From assembly GCA_021772695.1 (NCBI GenBank), contig JAJFLL010000230.1:1-28001 (forward strand): 28,001 nt of DNA, read 5' to 3'. The stretch is from Deltaproteobacteria bacterium (GTDB lineage: Bacteria > UBA10199 > DSSB01). Each line of letters opens with the position of its first letter. The stretch's first letter is position 1. Position numbers and translations under genes: made by a program. Below, one piece after another: positions 1 to 8,562 of this stretch. Below the pieces are notes generated by a model, which searched no databases, was not told the origin of the DNA, and was given only the letters and a program-made list of their open reading frames with translations.

Positions 1-788
1 GGTCTGACCAAATCGACGGCCAGTTCCCAAGTTTCGGGTAATCCCACGGCTTCAATCACGATGTCGGCACCCCTACCTTCATTCAATAGAGATTTCGTCA
101 TGGCCTTTGGGTCGGGATCTTCAGTCAAACTCACCACCTCAGTGGCCCCAAGCTGTTTTAGATTCAATAATTTTTTCTTGTCGCGGGCCAATGCGACCAA
201 GGGGGTGCCGAATATTTTGGCGAGTTGAACGAATAATACCCCCATGGGGCCGGCGCCAATCAGTAAAACCGATTCACCCGGTTGCGGACTCACCCGCTCG
301 AAGGCGTGAAGCACGCAGGCCAAGGGTTCGCTCAATGCGGCAGTGGCAAAGGAAAGGTTGTCGGGAATCTTGTGCAGGTTCACTTCTACGATGGGCTCTG
401 GTACCAAAATAAAATCTGCGTAGGCCCCGTTTAAAAATAATAAATTTTCACAGAGGCTGAAATCGTTTTTTTGACAGTAAAAACATTTTTGACAGGGCGC
501 GGAGTTTCCCACGACCACCCGTTGGCCCACCTGGAATTTTTCTACGTTTTCTCCGACGGCGGCAATTGTGCCGGCCATTTCATGACCGAAAGGCGCAGGG
601 ACGCTCTTAATGAGGCGAGGATGCCCACGGCGAAAGGTTTTAAAATCGGTGCCACAGGTGGTGGCAGCGCCAATCTTGACCAGCACCTCACCCGCCGCCG
701 GGATAGGCAGGGGAACCTCGTCGAGACGAATTTTCTCGGGAGCATACCACCTTAATGACCGCATGGTTTTTGGTAGATTTGGCGTCAT
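1..788 (-). CDS. Zn-dependent medium-chain alcohol/polyol dehydrogenase (threonine/sorbitol DH-like), 3' end runs off the window
   Basis: Not in ORF track; translated by hand. MTPNLPKTMRSLRWYAPEKIRLDEVPLP... contains TTCGTD, FGHEMAG (catalytic Zn), structural-Zn PCQKCFYC...C, EPLAC and Rossmann IGAGPMG. AAGGA precedes the ATG at 788; alternative ATG at 764. Confidence 0.9.
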   Translation of the reverse strand, partial: MTPNLPKTMRSLRWYAPEKIRLDEVPLPIPAAGEVLVKIGAATTCGTDFKTFRRGHPRLIKSVPAPFGHEMAGTIAAVGENVEKFQVGQRVVVGNSAPCQKCFYCQKNDFSLCENLLFLNGAYADFILVPEPIVEVNLHKIPDNLSFATAALSEPLACVLHAFERVSPQPGESVLLIGAGPMGVLFVQLAKIFGTPLVALARDKKKLLNLKQLGATEVVSLTEDPDPKAMTKSLLNEGRGADIVIEAVGLPETWELAVDLVR

Positions 789-820
789 CGGGGAATCCTT
801 AGGAGCTATGGGAGCACCTG

Positions 821-2059
821 TCAATGGGACAAGACGTCGATCAGTTCTTTGCGTTGTTTTTGTGCGTCTTGGTAGCCAAGTTCAAATAAATCTCGAATGT
901 AACGAGGGGCAAAAATGAGGTAGCTTAAAAGGTCGCTACCAGTGGTGGGGTCGATATCTAGGACCCGAACCAACATTTTTTCCAAGGCCGAAAATTTAAA
1001 AACCTTTTCGTCCCGATTGAACCATTCTAAAAAGATTTTATTGATAAATTCCGAAGGTTGAATTTCAACGGCTTTGATTTTGCGCAGCCCCCGTTGGGCA
1101 ATATCCAATTGGGAACCGTTCTTTTTCATTTTTTTATTGAGGCGGGTTAAGTAGTCTTTTCCGTAAATTTTCTCACTGGTTTCGACAATGGTATTGATGC
1201 GATCCAATTGTTCCATGTCGAATTCAATACGGTCTAAAAATAGTCCGTTCAACACTCGTCCCAACTGTTCCGGAATGGTGGGGGTGGAAGTGTCGTTTCG
1301 GCTTCTCCCCAAATATGGAGAGTTGGGGGCGTGGCGTTTTCTCAGGCCGATGACCACCAGTCGGTCGGCGCCCAATTGAATGGCTGGTGACATGGGGGTA
1401 AACAATCTGAGACCGCCGTCGGCGTAATAACTGCGTCCGATTTTTTCCGGGGGAAAGATAATGGGAATCGCTGCAGAGGCCATGATGTGTTCCACTTTGA
1501 TGGATTGAAGGTGGCAAATATAGTTTCCCCGGTAGGGGAGTCCCTTCCTTTTGCTCAAAAATAATTCATTGCGGCCGTTGGTTAGGTTGGTGACGTTGAT
1601 GGCCACGGCATCGATGGTGCCTTTTTTGATGTTTTTTTCCATCTGGGCCCAAGGGATGTTTTTCGCCAAAAACTTTTTCAAGGGGGAAGTGTCGAGAAAG
1701 GATTCAAAATGAGGCCCCCGTTTGGGGATGTGAAAGGGATTAAAAGTGAGAAAATTTCTAAGAAAGCCACCGACCGTGGATCCCAAAAAATGAGTGGTGG
1801 CCGTCATGTCGCGACGATAAATATCTTCTTGCCGCAGCTGGAACCACATGGATTTCAATCGTTCCCCTTGCTGCACGGGGTCATGGGCCATGGCCGCCAA
1901 TCCCACGGTGTTGATGGCGCCTACGCTGGTTCCTGAATAGATATCAAAATTTTGATGGGCATAGGCCTTGGGCAGAGCGGTGCGCATGTAATGAATCACC
2001 CCCGCTTCGTAAGCCCCTCTTGCTCCCCCCGCAGAAAGCACTAAGCCTAATTTGCTCAT
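821..2059 (-). CDS. Patatin-like phospholipase family protein
   Basis: Gly-rich SAGGARGAYEAGV, nucleophile GTSVG, catalytic DGG (YYADGGLR), ASAAIP motif. Confidence 0.9.
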   Translation of the reverse strand: MSKLGLVLSAGGARGAYEAGVIHYMRTALPKAYAHQNFDIYSGTSVGAINTVGLAAMAHDPVQQGERLKSMWFQLRQEDIYRRDMTATTHFLGSTVGGFLRNFLTFNPFHIPKRGPHFESFLDTSPLKKFLAKNIPWAQMEKNIKKGTIDAVAINVTNLTNGRNELFLSKRKGLPYRGNYICHLQSIKVEHIMASAAIPIIFPPEKIGRSYYADGGLRLFTPMSPAIQLGADRLVVIGLRKRHAPNSPYLGRSRNDTSTPTIPEQLGRVLNGLFLDRIEFDMEQLDRINTIVETSEKIYGKDYLTRLNKKMKKNGSQLDIAQRGLRKIKAVEIQPSEFINKIFLEWFNRDEKVFKFSALEKMLVRVLDIDPTTGSDLLSYLIFAPRYIRDLFELGYQDAQKQRKELIDVLSH

Positions 2060-2074
2060 GGGAATCCCTAAATC

Positions 2075-3370
2075 TTAAAATTGATCTTTGATGTTTTGAA
2101 AACTATCCTTCGCTGCTCGCACCGTTTTGGCGATTTCATTTTCTCCGTGAACGATCGAGACGAACCAGGCCTCAAATGGAGAAGGCGGTAAGTATATACC
2201 TCGCGCCAACATTTCATGAAAGAAAGCCTTATATAAATTTTTACGGGTCTTCATTACGTCGCCCAACCCCGTTACCACCTGATCGGAAAAAAAGAGGGAA
2301 AGCATACCGCAGACATGGGGGATTTGCACAGGTATTCCCGCCTTTCGTGCGGCCTCAGTAAGTCCCAGGGCCAATCTGGAGGTTTTTTGATTCAATTTCA
2401 CATAAAAACTCTTGGTCCCTAACTTCTTCAAGGTGGCTAGGCCTGCTGCCATGGCCAAGGGATTTCCCGAGAGGGTCCCTGCCTGATACACTCCTCCGAC
2501 TGGACTTAGACATTGCATGATTTTTTTTGGGCCACCAAAGGCGCCCACTGGAAGGCCTCCACCGATAATCTTTCCCAATGTGGTCAAGTCAGGTTTGACA
2601 CCATACAGGCCTTGAGCACCGCTGGAGTGTACCCTAAACCCCGTCATGACCTCGTCAAATATCAGCAGTGCCCCGTTTACCCGACAAAGTTTTTTTAATC
2701 CCCGTAAAAATCCAGGTCTCGGTAAAACCACCCCCATGTTTCCGGCAATGGGTTCCACAATGATGGCTGCAAGGTCTTTGCGATGTTTTCGAACGAGGCG
2801 CTCCGTCGCTGCTAAATCATTGTAGGGTGCGATAAGGGTATGTTGTGTGAAGGCGGCGGGAACCCCGAGACTATCGGGAGCACCGTGGGTTAGTGCGCCG
2901 GACCCTGCTTTCACCAAGAGGGCGTCGGAGTGGCCATGGTAGCAGCCTGCGAATTTTAAGATCTTATTTCGTTTCGTGAATCCCCGTGCGACGCGGAGTG
3001 CGGCCATCACGGCTTCGGTACCACTATTGACCAATCTGATTTGTTGCATACTGGGCATGCGGGACAAAACTAATTCGGCCATGTCGACTTCGGCTACGGT
3101 AGGGGCACCGAAGCTACTGGATTTCTCTACGGCATCTTTTAAGGGAGTAACCACATGTGGGTTGGCATGTCCGAGGATCATCGGTCCCCATGAACCCACA
3201 TAATCGATATATTGGTTGGAATCGATGTCTTCTAAATAAGCACCGCGACCGCGGGCCATGAATATGGGATCGCCTCCTACTGAGCCAAAAGCTCTTACGG
3301 GGCTATTGACCCCGCCAGGCATGAATTGACGCGCCTTTGCGAATTGTCGTTTCGAATGGGCCCTTGGCAT
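2075..3370 (-). CDS. hemL: Glutamate-1-semialdehyde 2,1-aminomutase
   Basis: PGGVNSPVRAF, VNSGTEA, GCYHGH, FDEVMTGFR, PLP-lysine LGKIIGGGLP, QAGTLSGNPL. Start trimmed from 3433 to the ATG at 3370 (AGGA 9 nt upstream); the longer start overlaps the divergent promoter. Confidence 0.97.
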   Translation of the reverse strand: MPRAHSKRQFAKARQFMPGGVNSPVRAFGSVGGDPIFMARGRGAYLEDIDSNQYIDYVGSWGPMILGHANPHVVTPLKDAVEKSSSFGAPTVAEVDMAELVLSRMPSMQQIRLVNSGTEAVMAALRVARGFTKRNKILKFAGCYHGHSDALLVKAGSGALTHGAPDSLGVPAAFTQHTLIAPYNDLAATERLVRKHRKDLAAIIVEPIAGNMGVVLPRPGFLRGLKKLCRVNGALLIFDEVMTGFRVHSSGAQGLYGVKPDLTTLGKIIGGGLPVGAFGGPKKIMQCLSPVGGVYQAGTLSGNPLAMAAGLATLKKLGTKSFYVKLNQKTSRLALGLTEAARKAGIPVQIPHVCGMLSLFFSDQVVTGLGDVMKTRKNLYKAFFHEMLARGIYLPPSPFEAWFVSIVHGENEIAKTVRAAKDSFQNIKDQF

Positions 3371-3432
3371 GGGGTGCATTCCTAGCGTCAAGGTCTCAGC
3401 ATTGTCAATTCCAAGGCCAGGACAGCTTTTCA

Positions 3433-3461
3433 TTGACAGTCTAGGTCCCCATCATTAGGAT
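3433..3461 (+). promoter_or_regulatory. Sigma70-type promoter for the 3497-5767 operon
   Basis: TTGACA (3433-3438), 17-nt spacer, TAGGAT (3456-3461); about 35 nt upstream of an AAGGAGG-preceded TTG start. Confidence 0.6.
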
Positions 3462-3496
3462 CCACCGCCGAACGAGTTTTTTATAAGGAGGCGCCC

Positions 3497-3910
3497 TTGC
3501 AAGCCCGCGTCATAGGTTTTTTATTTTTAATTGCCCTGCTTCCCTTCACCTTTGGACCATCCTGTGCTGGTGACGATGTTCCGCTGATCGCTGTGGAACT
3601 GAACCCGCTATGTGTTCAAGATTATTCACCGGGACAACAACAACAGTTTAATGCCTGCATTTTCATCAACGGGGTGAAACAACCCGGTTTTGAAAATAGT
3701 TCGGTAACTTGGTCGATTTTGGATGGCGACGTGAATGGTAGCATTACCCAAGGCGGCCTCTATACGGCTCCCAATACGACTCCTCCGCCAGCGCCGCAAA
3801 TCACCATCATTGCTACTAGCAAAGAAGATTCCCAAAAACAGGGACAAGCCACGGTGATTTTTACGGGTGAAGGCACCTGTGAGACCACCCAAACCGCCGA
3901 ATGCCTATAG
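3497..3910 (+). CDS. Exported protein (possible lipoprotein) with a bacterial Ig-like domain
   Basis: AAGGAGG RBS, hydrophobic N-terminus ending FGPSC, and SVTWSI...GSITQGGLYTAP...ITIIATS pattern typical of Ig-like repeats. Confidence 0.65.
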   Translation: MQARVIGFLFLIALLPFTFGPSCAGDDVPLIAVELNPLCVQDYSPGQQQQFNACIFINGVKQPGFENSSVTWSILDGDVNGSITQGGLYTAPNTTPPPAPQITIIATSKEDSQKQGQATVIFTGEGTCETTQTAECL

Positions 3911-4668
3911 ATCCCCTCTGGGCCGTAGTATTGGCCCTGCCCCATGAAGCCAAGGCCCTGTTGCCTGATTTAAAGATCCAGGCAGAAACTCGTTATCACG
4001 CCAGTAAACTCTACGAAGGTCGGTACCAAGATAAACCCCTATTGTTGCTACAAACGGGGATGGGACCCAAAAACGCCAGGCGTGCGGTCGAATTTCTATT
4101 AGCGCACCACCCGGTCACTCACGTGGTGATCACGGGATATTGTGGTGGCTTGGTACCTGGGCTCAAAACCGGAAGCGCCATTTGGGCCACCAAACTAATT
4201 TCCCAGAAATCCGGTCTTGACCCCATCGAACCCCATATTAATGGTGAGGATACCTTGCAGTCCGGGCTTCGCGACCAAGGCCTCGACCTTCATTTAGGAC
4301 CCCTGGTGGAAGTCGCAAAACCGGTTTTAGACTTGGAGGGAAAACAGGGACTCTTCCGCCAATTTGGCGCTGTAGGGGTAGATATGGAGAGTTTTTCCGT
4401 ACTTAATGCCCTGAAAGAGCAAAAAAATATTGCTTCGCTCATCCTGCGTTTTGTCGTAGACCCCTTGGAGGAGAATCTGGTGGATACGGAGGCCTTTATG
4501 GATGAACAGAGTGGCCTTCGACCTTGGAAGCTGCTTAAGGAGACCTTCCGCAACCCCAAACTTTTGATTGATCTACCCCAACTGGACCGCTTAGCCAAAG
4601 GGGCGAGGCGACAGTTAAAAAAAGCCCTGAGATTTGTCTTAACGCAAAATCCGGGGCCTGGGGCTTAA
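3901..4668 (+). CDS. Nucleoside phosphorylase/nucleosidase superfamily protein (MTAN/HpnG-like)
   Basis: LLQTGMGPKNA, VITGYCGGL, GVDMES motifs; overlaps the upstream gene by 10 nt. Confidence 0.8.
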   Translation: MPIDPLWAVVLALPHEAKALLPDLKIQAETRYHASKLYEGRYQDKPLLLLQTGMGPKNARRAVEFLLAHHPVTHVVITGYCGGLVPGLKTGSAIWATKLISQKSGLDPIEPHINGEDTLQSGLRDQGLDLHLGPLVEVAKPVLDLEGKQGLFRQFGAVGVDMESFSVLNALKEQKNIASLILRFVVDPLEENLVDTEAFMDEQSGLRPWKLLKETFRNPKLLIDLPQLDRLAKGARRQLKKALRFVLTQNPGPGA

Positions 4669-4687
4669 CCCTTTGGAGGCAATAGAT

Positions 4688-5767
4688 ATGCTTAGAAAAT
4701 TCCCAACCCATACATTTCGAATGGTAGGGATGGCACTGGCCGTCACTTTCCTTTTGGCCGGCTGTGGCAAAGGCTGCGGTAAAGAAGGGGGAGCCCCTTC
4801 GGCAAAATCTTCCACATTAGCCTTGATTCCGGCAGGCAATAATATCCTGGTGGGGATCAATCTGAAAAAACTTCAAGCGTCTTCCCTGGGAGCAAAAATT
4901 AAAGATAAGATTCCGCCTGAGATGGCCCCCTTTGTCGATAGTATCGAAGGGATCACTATTGCATTGTCGGTTAAGGGCATGGGGCAAGAGCCGGAAGGCG
5001 CCGTTGCCATTGTGGAAGGCAAGCTCGATCCCGCTAAACTTCTTGCTCAAATGACCGAACAGGCAAAAAAAGACGGCGGTGATGTTAGTAATGAAGAATA
5101 CGAGGGCGTGAAGATTTATTCTGGCCCCAAAGATCCAGATGTTGGCATGGCCTTTGTTGAAGACGTCGCCGTTGTTGGAAAGAAACCTACGGTAAAGCAG
5201 GTCATTGATCTGAGTAAGAAAAAAGGATCTTCCATTGAAAGCAATACTAATTTGATGGGTCTGTTAAAAGGTGTCGACAGTTCAAAAATGCTGTGGGCGG
5301 TAGCCATCGTACCTGAAGGTGCGATCCCCGGTGGCAGTGGTGGCCCGGGTAATCCCATGGGAGCCCTTTCGAATATCAAGGCCATCGATCTAGCCATGGA
5401 TATGTCAGAAAAGTTGACTTTAGATCTGGGTGTCATCGCAGGTACAGCCGAAGATGCCAAACAAATGGAGAACATGGCCAACTCCTATAAGACCCTTTTT
5501 GGTGCTTCCTTGGCACAAAAAGAACCCAAATTGGGTGAGGTGCTAAGCAACCTGAAGGTCTCTTCCAACGGAGAACGGGTGGCCTTGGCCATTGAAGTTG
5601 ATCAAAGTACGGTAGATGAGCTTACCCAGAAAGCTGCAGGCGGTGCCATGGCACCCCCGGGTCCAGATACTGAGGACGGCGCACCTATGGAAGGTAGTGG
5701 CGATGAATTGCCTCATGCCATGGACCATGGTGAAGACCATGCAGAGCCAGAGACTGCGACTCCCTAA
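4688..5767 (+). CDS. Lipoprotein of unknown function with acidic/His-rich tail
   Basis: GGAGG at 4675-4679 then ATG 4688; lipobox FLLAGC followed by GKGCG; long open frame; C-terminus ...ELPHAMDHGEDHAEPETATP. Confidence 0.75.
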   Translation: MLRKFPTHTFRMVGMALAVTFLLAGCGKGCGKEGGAPSAKSSTLALIPAGNNILVGINLKKLQASSLGAKIKDKIPPEMAPFVDSIEGITIALSVKGMGQEPEGAVAIVEGKLDPAKLLAQMTEQAKKDGGDVSNEEYEGVKIYSGPKDPDVGMAFVEDVAVVGKKPTVKQVIDLSKKKGSSIESNTNLMGLLKGVDSSKMLWAVAIVPEGAIPGGSGGPGNPMGALSNIKAIDLAMDMSEKLTLDLGVIAGTAEDAKQMENMANSYKTLFGASLAQKEPKLGEVLSNLKVSSNGERVALAIEVDQSTVDELTQKAAGGAMAPPGPDTEDGAPMEGSGDELPHAMDHGEDHAEPETATP

Positions 5768-5791
5768 GCGTTGCAAAAGCAAATACTTTTG

Positions 5792-5821
5792 AAAGGCCCC
5801 CTTAAGGGGCCTTTTTTTTTA
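5792..5821 (+). terminator. Rho-independent terminator
   Basis: AAAGGCCCC-CTTAA-GGGGCCTTT stem-loop with a T-run (5812-5820), 25 nt after the 5767 stop. Confidence 0.9.
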
Positions 5822-5937
5822 CTTGTTTCGTGACCTGATCTTGCAGAAACTTCTGCCGTGTATGGTGCCAAAAGGGCATTTTGCACAAGCAAGGTCTATG
5901 CTATGAAAATAGGAATTGGTTCAAAGGAGAATTCACC

Positions 5938-6837
5938 ATGGGCAAACGCGTTTTTTTGTTTCTAGGGGTCAATATCTTGGTGGTCATCACCATTTCTTTG
6001 ATCATGAGTGCCTTTGGCATTCGTCCCTACCTCACTCAGTATGGACTCGATTACAAATCCCTGGCGATTTTTTGCCTGCTTTGGGGAATGGGTGGGGCGT
6101 TTATTTCGCTAGGGCTCTCCCGAATCATGGCCAAGTTCGCCATGAAGGTTCAAGTGATTGACCCTCAGACCCGTGATCCCCAATTGCAATCTTTGGTCAA
6201 TACCATTTCCCGTTTGGCACGAGGGGCCCAGATCCCCATGCCCCAAGTGGGCATCTATCAATCTCCCGAATTAAACGCCTTCGCCACCGGACCGACCAAG
6301 AAACGATCTTTGGTGGCCGTCTCTACCGGCCTATTGCAAAAAATGAAAACCGAAGAGGTAGAAGGGGTGCTGGGTCACGAAATCACCCACATCGCCAATG
6401 GTGACATGGTGACCATGACCTTATTACAAGGAGTCGTGAATGCCTTTGTCATGTTTTTGAGTCGGGTCATCGCCTATGCCATCGCCTCTGCCCTGCGAGA
6501 TTCCGATCGAGGTGGCCGAGGCATTTCTTACGGTATTTATTTTTTGGTATCGATTGTTTTAGAAATTGTCTTCATGATTTTTGGCTCCATGGTAGTGGCA
6601 TGGTTCAGTCGTTATCGAGAATACCGTGCCGATGCCGGTGGAGCTCGCTTGGCGGGGCGGGGTTCCATGATCGGAGCCCTACAAGCCTTGCAACGTAATT
6701 ATGAGATTGAAGATCCTCGTTCCCAACCTGCCTTTCAAAATTTAAAGATTTCCAGTCATCCCAAAGGTTGGAAGCGTCTCTTTGCCTCCCATCCTCCACT
6801 AGGTGAACGCATCGCTCGCTTGCAGAGTTTTTCTTAG
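5938..6837 (+). CDS. htpX: Protease HtpX (M48 Zn metalloprotease)
   Basis: NAFATG, HEITH (HExxH), NGDMVTMTLLQG, FSRYREYRAD, HPPL. AAGGAG RBS before ATG 5938. Confidence 0.96.
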   Translation: MGKRVFLFLGVNILVVITISLIMSAFGIRPYLTQYGLDYKSLAIFCLLWGMGGAFISLGLSRIMAKFAMKVQVIDPQTRDPQLQSLVNTISRLARGAQIPMPQVGIYQSPELNAFATGPTKKRSLVAVSTGLLQKMKTEEVEGVLGHEITHIANGDMVTMTLLQGVVNAFVMFLSRVIAYAIASALRDSDRGGRGISYGIYFLVSIVLEIVFMIFGSMVVAWFSRYREYRADAGGARLAGRGSMIGALQALQRNYEIEDPRSQPAFQNLKISSHPKGWKRLFASHPPLGERIARLQSFS

Positions 6838-6851
6838 AGCAGGTGGGTTTA

Positions 6852-7505
6852 TTAAGAACCAAATTTTTTTAATTCGCCCCAGATTTTTTTGAAGAAGGAA
6901 TCACGGCCAGAATTCTGGTGGTACATCTTATACCTCAGGGGATTTTTTCGAAAATAGCTTTGGTGGTAGTCTTCGGCAGGGTAAAAATTCTTATAGGGTT
7001 GAATGGGGGTGAGGATAGCTTGTTGAAAACGTCCGCTTTTTTCCAGGGCTGCTTTGGATTTTTCAGCGACCGACCTTTGAGAGGCGTCATGGTAATAGAT
7101 GATGGCCTGGTATTGGGGACCACGATCCACGAATTGGCCCCCGGCATCGGTAGGATTGATTTGCCGCCAATAAACTTCAAGCAAGTCATCGAAGCTGATT
7201 CGTTTGTTATCAAAAACGATCCTCACCGTCTCCACATAACCTGAGTTTCCTGATGCCACTTCTTCGTATTTGGGATTGGGTTTATCTCCACCGGCGTATC
7301 CCGAAGTGACTGATACCACCCCTGGCAATTCCTTAAAGGCGGCTTCAATGCACCAAAAACACCCACCGGCGAGGGTGGCGGTATCTTGAGTCGATGGGGG
7401 CGCTACTGGTGCAGCTTCCCTATCATTTTGGCTCCATAAATAAGATGCGGTGCCAAGGGTTCCCACTAGAATTAATACGACGGTGAAATAGCGAAATATT
7501 TTCAT
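6852..7505 (-). CDS. msrA: Peptide-methionine (S)-S-oxide reductase MsrA with N-terminal export/anchor sequence
   Basis: AGGCFWC, SGYAGG, QFVDRGPQY, AEDYHQSY. Hydrophobic N-terminus MKIFRYFTVVLILVGTLGTASYLW; start taken as ATG 7505. Confidence 0.93.
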   Translation of the reverse strand: MKIFRYFTVVLILVGTLGTASYLWSQNDREAAPVAPPSTQDTATLAGGCFWCIEAAFKELPGVVSVTSGYAGGDKPNPKYEEVASGNSGYVETVRIVFDNKRISFDDLLEVYWRQINPTDAGGQFVDRGPQYQAIIYYHDASQRSVAEKSKAALEKSGRFQQAILTPIQPYKNFYPAEDYHQSYFRKNPLRYKMYHQNSGRDSFFKKIWGELKKFGS

Positions 7506-7524
7506 GAGACTCGTCCTCATAGCT

Positions 7525-7773
7525 TCATACGGCTGAGGAAGAATTTTGGATGACTTTAACCCACTTATGCTGACTTGTTTCGCCGCTGATCAATTGAATA
7601 GAGGTCCTTTTGACCTGAAAGTAGTCCGCAAGTAGAGCGATCAGGGCCTGGTTGGCTTTGCCATCAACGGGTGGTGCCGTAAGTTTCACCTTCAATTCAT
7701 TTTTTCCTAAGACCTGAACTTCATTTTTAGAAGCCCTGGGTATGACTTTGATACGATATTTCATAATAGTCAT
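7525..7773 (-). CDS. yggU: DUF167/YggU (UPF0235) family protein
   Basis: IKVIPRASK...LKVKLTAPPVDGKANQALIALLA...LISGETSQHK pattern. Confidence 0.9.
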   Translation of the reverse strand: MTIMKYRIKVIPRASKNEVQVLGKNELKVKLTAPPVDGKANQALIALLADYFQVKRTSIQLISGETSQHKWVKVIQNSSSAV

Positions 7774-7788
7774 GATCGTGGATGGTAT

Positions 7789-7838
7789 AAAAATTCCCCC
7801 ATTCTACCTGACTATAGAAAGAAAGGAAAATGGGGGAA
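7789..7838 (-). terminator. Probable terminator downstream of the csbD/DUF1328 genes
   Basis: Perfect 10-bp inverted repeat TTCCCCCATT (7794-7803) / AATGGGGGAA (7829-7838), followed by TTTTT on the minus strand. The loop is long (25 nt). Confidence 0.5.
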
Positions 7839-7875
7839 AAGGAAAATCTGAATCAAACTAGGGATATTGCCAATC

Positions 7876-8046
7876 CTAGGGAGACTTGCCTCTTATGGCA
7901 CGACTAATGGCAGCAATAATGATCAATACCAAAAAGACAAAGAACAAGATTTTGGCAATGGATGCAAAGCCTGCGGCAACTCCGGTGAAGCCTAGTACAC
8001 CGAACACAATGGCAAGCACGACAAAGGTTAAAACCCATCCAAGCAT
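7876..8046 (-). CDS. DUF1328 (UPF0391/YtjA-like) small membrane protein, 56 aa
   Basis: Below the ORF-track cutoff. MLGWVLTFVVLAIVFGVLGFTGVAAGFASIAKILFFVFLVLIIIAAISRAIRGKSP; AGGAGG RBS; characteristic LGFxG-A...IAKILF pattern. Confidence 0.92.
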   Translation of the reverse strand: MLGWVLTFVVLAIVFGVLGFTGVAAGFASIAKILFFVFLVLIIIAAISRAIRGKSP

Positions 8047-8105
8047 GTTACCTCCTAGGTTAGAAAGATAGTCTCAGATCCCTAGAGACTTAGGCAATTA
8101 AGCCC

Positions 8106-8309
8106 TTAACCTTTTAGGCCTTTGGTAAAATCGTCCAATTCCTTTTCGACCTGGTCTTTGGCTTTGCCGTATTTTGTTTGGAGCACCCCAGCCAATTCTT
8201 CACGGTGGCCTTTAACTCGATCCATGTCGTCATCGGTCAATTTGCCCCATTTCTGTTGGAATTTTCCTTTGAGTTGTTTCCATTCGCCTTCGATTTTGTC
8301 CCAGTTCAT
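8106..8309 (-). CDS. csbD: CsbD/YjbJ (UPF0337) general stress protein
   Basis: MNWDKIEGEWKQLKGKFQQKWGKLTDDD...G.LQ.KYG.AKD signature; AAGGAG RBS. Confidence 0.93.
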   Translation of the reverse strand: MNWDKIEGEWKQLKGKFQQKWGKLTDDDMDRVKGHREELAGVLQTKYGKAKDQVEKELDDFTKGLKG

Positions 8310-8562
8310 ATGCGTTCTCCTTTAAAAAGGGTTTTTGTTTTCGTCCTGTGTGGACCTTTTGGTATAGGTAGACAATATGATCAAATATGGTTTTTGTCTA
8401 TAATAAAAACAAAAAAATTTTTTACTGTCTATATTTATATGAGAACGATTAATATTTTGTCTAATATAAAATAAAATTTAATAGACGAAACAATCACTTA
8501 AGCTTACCGTACTTAGGTCCCGTAATAATTCAAAAGCCTTCTCAAGGAGTGAATTCCACCCC

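Noticed and set aside
107-918. Track ORFs 107-412, 471-755, 542-745, 610-918
   Set aside because: Shadow or alternative frames over the truncated Zn-dehydrogenase and the patatin 3' end; no motifs.
821-2059. Patatin as a CBASS (CapV-like) anti-phage effector
   Set aside because: No CD-NTase or other defence gene nearby; it sits in a housekeeping-type operon.
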